A stretch of 63,969 bases of DNA, the filler included, from Collodictyon triciliatum (Eukaryota): the NCBI GenBank assembly GCA_043381765.1. It is 12 parts of 12 records of this genome, joined end to end, with 100 filler letters (N's around TTAATTAATTAA, not from the genome) between each part and the next. Parts side by side here need not be neighbours in the genome. Positions count along the whole stretch, not along the records: positions 59,286 to 63,969 come from JBHJMP010005777.1; 11 more parts are not named here. One strand, written 5' to 3'. The notes below the pieces were generated by a model, which searched no databases, had not been told where the DNA came from, and saw only the letters and a list, made by a program, of their open reading frames with translations. A program made the translations under genes and the position numbers. Positions 60,507 through 63,969 of this stretch are shown here, piece after piece. The stretch's first letter is position 1; each line of letters starts with the position of its first letter.

Positions 60507-62998
60507 CCTCTTGTCCCTCTTGTTCCTCTTGTTCCTCTTCTTCTTGTAGTCGCTCACTGGGCTAGGCCTCTCTCCTGTCCTTATCCGTCTGCTTGTGAGA
60601 GCCTGTGTGTGTATTATATCGCTGCCTCTTGACTTGCCTAAATATAGCTGGCTTGACTGTCCACGGTCTCTTGTCAGAACTTTCTAGTTTACTGCCCTAA
60701 TCTCCAGTACAGTGCACTCGTTGGCTAATATTCTTCTAGACCCTCATCACCTTGATTAAACGATGTACAGGCACAAGTGCAAAGACGTACGCAAACATCC
60801 TTGTTGAGAAGAAGGACAGTGTTGGCGTGATCACTTTGAATCGCCCAAAGGCTCTCAATGCTCTCTGCGATGCCCTGATCCGCGAGCTGTCCTCTGCTTT
60901 GGAGGACTTTGAGGGAGACGACAGTGTCGGTGCGGTTGTTCTCACAGGCTCAGACAGAGCTTTCGCTGGTTTGTTTAGTCTGCATTCAGTCATGTCCGTA
61001 CCTTTTACTGAAGTCAATTTATCGCCCAAGTTATCTTCTATTTATAAAGTATCAAATACCAAATATCACTTATCTAATATCAAATATCAAATATCAAATA
61101 TCAAATATCAAATATCACATATCACATATCACATATCACATATCACATATCACATATCACATATCACATATCACATATCACATATCACATATCACATATC
61201 ACATATCATAATTAGGGAATCAGTGCTTGCTAATTATTCTACACTCATCCATGGCAATATAGCTGGTGCTGATATTAAGGAAATGGCTGAAAAGTCTTAT
61301 ATGGAGTGCTACAAGAAGAACATGTTCGCTACATGGGACAAGGTTGGACTCGCCAGAAAGCCTGTGATTGCTGCTGTGAACGGGTTTGCGCTTGGAGGTG
61401 GCTGTGAGCTTGCTATGATGTGCGACTTTAGTAAGTTAGCTGCAGTAATTTCCAAGAACATTTTTTATTCTCCATTTTCAGTTTTTTTTTTTTTCTTATC
61501 TGAGTCATATTTTTCATATTTCTTCGGCTGAAAGCCAAAAAAGAACAACAACAACCAAAAAAGCATATATTTTTATGATAGAAAATAAGAAAATTGGTGC
61601 TTATTGTGTCCCGACCCACATTCATAATTTTATCTCAATTTTATCATTTAGTTATCGCCGGGGACAATGCCCAGTTCGGCCAACCCGAAATTAAGCTTGG
61701 AACCATCCCCGGTTTAAACCTTCATTCATTTACAGATTCCCCTACTTAAATGGTCTCATATAAACTATTCTTATACGAAACTCTATATTGGACTGCGCTG
61801 TACGTTTATTGAATTTCCGATTTCATTTGTTAATTGAACTACCTTTCCAATCATCTAGGCGCTGGAGGAACGCAAAGACTCACCCGTGCCATTGGCAAGG
61901 CCAAAGCCATGGACTTGGTCCTGACAGGTCGCTTGATCACCGCCGCAGAAGCTGAAAAAGCTGGTCAGATTTGCATTTATATCATACTATTCAACATTCA
62001 GACACCATCTAATTCTTAAGTATTGGCCTGTGTTATATATCCCTTTATTCCCCTTTATATTTCTATAATAAAATTGATAATCGGATTGATAGGCCTCGTT
62101 GCCCGTGTTGTTCCTGCCGGAGAGACTGTGGCCACTGCCTTGGAAGCTGCCAAGGTCATCGCATCCTACTCCAAGCCCATTGGTAATGATTCATTTTTTT
62201 TATCATGCTTAAATGGACAGACAGCAGGGCTTCGATTCTTTTCATACTGCATGTTGAAATTCAGTAAGGAGCTCACTCACATTCTTCATTTCTCCCATGC
62301 AGTTGCCCTCGCTAAGGAATGTGTGAACGCTGGTAACCCTTTTATATGACATAATCAATTAATATGGTCATCTCCCCTCTAATTTTGTTATTCACGGATT
62401 CAACATAAATTGTTGAAATGCGCGTGACTTAATGAAAGCAAATAAATAAATGAATAATAAATGAATAATAACTGAATAATAACTGAATAATAACTGAATA
62501 ATAACTGAATAATAACTGAATAATAACTGAATAATAACTGAATAATAACTGAATAATAACTGAATAATAAATGAATAATAAATGAATAATAAATGAATAA
62601 TAAATGAATAACAAATAAATGAATAACAAAAAATAACAAAAAAAGGGAAAGGATTCACTGAAATCTGGCTGTGAGATTATTAATACAGTATTATGGAATA
62701 ATCATCAACCCTAGCCGACCAGCTCACTCTTCGTGATGGACTTCTCTTTGAAAGACGCGTTTTCTTCTCCACCTTCGCCACTGTGCGTACACAGATATAT
62801 TCAGACTATTAATCCATATGACAATGACACAATGACACAATCACACAATGACACAATCACACAATCACACAATGACACAATCACACAACCACACGGTTCA
62901 TTTCCTATCTAATCCTCGTCTCTGGCGCCCAGAAAGATCAAAAGGAGGGAATGCGCGCCTTTGCTGAGCGTCGCGCACCAAAGTTCGTTGATGAGTAA
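60272..62998 (+). CDS. ECHS1: Mitochondrial short-chain enoyl-CoA hydratase. Exons 60272-60377, 60771-60968, 61263-61430, 61652-61711, 61859-61963, 62093-62182, 62303-62332, 62715-62782, 62933-62998
   Basis: Transit-peptide-like N-terminus; [94 protein letters not shown]. Confidence 0.97.
60408..60506. repeat. (TTG)n intronic microsatellite. Other ECHS1 introns carry (ATATCAC)n at 61075-61208 and (GAATAATAACT)n at 62450-62615
   Basis: Visible directly. Confidence 0.93.
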
Positions 62999-63840
62999 CC
63001 AGAGACACACACGGATAACGACTTCCTGTTTGGATTCTGCCTCCAACGAACGAGCTGCTTTCGTCACTAAGCAAATAAAACGAAAAGAAAAAAAAGAAAA
63101 AAAAGAAAAAAAAGAAAAAAAGAGAAAAAAAAAAGAAAAAAGAAAAAAGGAAAAAAAGAAAAAAAAGAAAAAAAAGAAAAAAAAGAAAAAAAAGAAAAAA
63201 AAGAAAAAAAAGAAGAAAAACTCACAAAACACTACAGACGCAGCCTCCACAGGAGACACCTGGGCGCAAACAGCACTGTACCATACCATGGCCGCCAAGC
63301 CACACCCACTGGACTGGGTTCTCCACTCCCAAGCCGACCTGACAGTCTGCGCAGACGACTTTGCAACCGATCCGTGGGCGTTTTTCGGGATGAAGCGGAA
63401 CATATTCCTCGACCAAACCCAGACTCTTCGTGCCTCAGCTGAAATCGCAGGGCCACCCGAGTCTTCTGCAGCCTCCGAGCACACCTCGCAAACGCCGCGT
63501 CACACTGCTTTGCTTTCGCACGGCTTTATGGGCTCAGAAACATCCACGAAACCGCGGCCAAAGGACAAACCAGAGTCCCCATTCCGTAACGAGGTGCATT
63601 CGTCTCATGAAAGCCGCGCAGTAAACTCTTCACGGGAAACGCATCTGCCACTAAACGAGTCTTTCAAATCACCCCAGAGCCAAAAATCATTGCGGACGCC
63701 AACACGTCGACTGAATTATGAAAACAAAGACTGCTCTGTGGTGATGCATTCTGCCGCAGGGTATTTGGAAAGTGATGCTGGGTAAAATTTCCTTGCGCTG
63801 TCATGACCTGACAAATAATATATCAACAATCGACTATATT

Positions 63841-63969
63841 CACCAACACCAACACCAACACCAACACCAACACCAACACCAACACCAACACCAACACCAA
63901 CACCAACACCAACACCAACACCAACACCAACACCAACACCAACACCATCACCAACACCAACACCAACAC
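63841..63969. repeat. (CACCAA)n microsatellite at window end
   Basis: Visible directly. Confidence 0.93.

Noticed and set aside
230-62998. Alternative genetic code or stop-codon readthrough explaining short ORFs
   Set aside because: The conserved genes (SmB, ECHS1, IQUB, TDO, LRR receptors) assemble without in-frame stops once ordinary introns are removed, and they end in TAA, TGA or TAG.
62961-63785. 274-aa plus-strand ORF after ECHS1
   Set aside because: It overlaps the ECHS1 last exon and runs through an A-rich repeat with no recognisable domain; more likely UTR or the antisense of a neighbouring gene end.
63841-63969. (CACCAA)n as a telomeric repeat
   Set aside because: It is one of many different simple repeats at contig ends, it is not a canonical telomere unit, and the C-rich strand points toward the end, which is the wrong polarity.

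Overview
This window is not one locus. It is 12 unrelated contigs or scaffolds joined by 11 artificial 100-nt linkers (44 N + TTAATTAATTAA + 44 N), so neighbours across linkers mean nothing. Eleven segments are intron-rich, microsatellite-rich eukaryotic DNA read in the standard code; IQUB suggests a ciliated or flagellated protist. Recognisable eukaryotic genes: a ZnF-UBP ubiquitin protease, WDR91, tryptophan 2,3-dioxygenase, SmB, IQUB, an RNFT1/2-like RING E3, a FYVE-PH protein, an A20/AN1 zinc finger, mitochondrial enoyl-CoA hydratase and several multi-pass membrane receptors. One segment (9770-14552) is bacterial: an FCB-group operon of T9SS-type surface proteins. The most interesting signal is a candidate protist LRR immune-receptor system. 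(i) A 4-exon gene fuses LRRs to a NEURL4-type ADP-ribosyltransferase domain. (ii) A paralog on another contig shares the same intron position and LRR cap, and its 69-bp repeats vary almost only at concave-surface positions. (iii) A separate LRR membrane receptor has four consecutive 69-nt phase-1 exons, one LRR each, with homologous introns. Other oddities are a two-tier 56-bp/265-bp satellite upstream of the hypervariable LRR gene and a 40-nt tRNA-like minihelix with Pol III-type flanks. All gene models were spliced and translated by eye, and family names come from motif recognition, not database searches.
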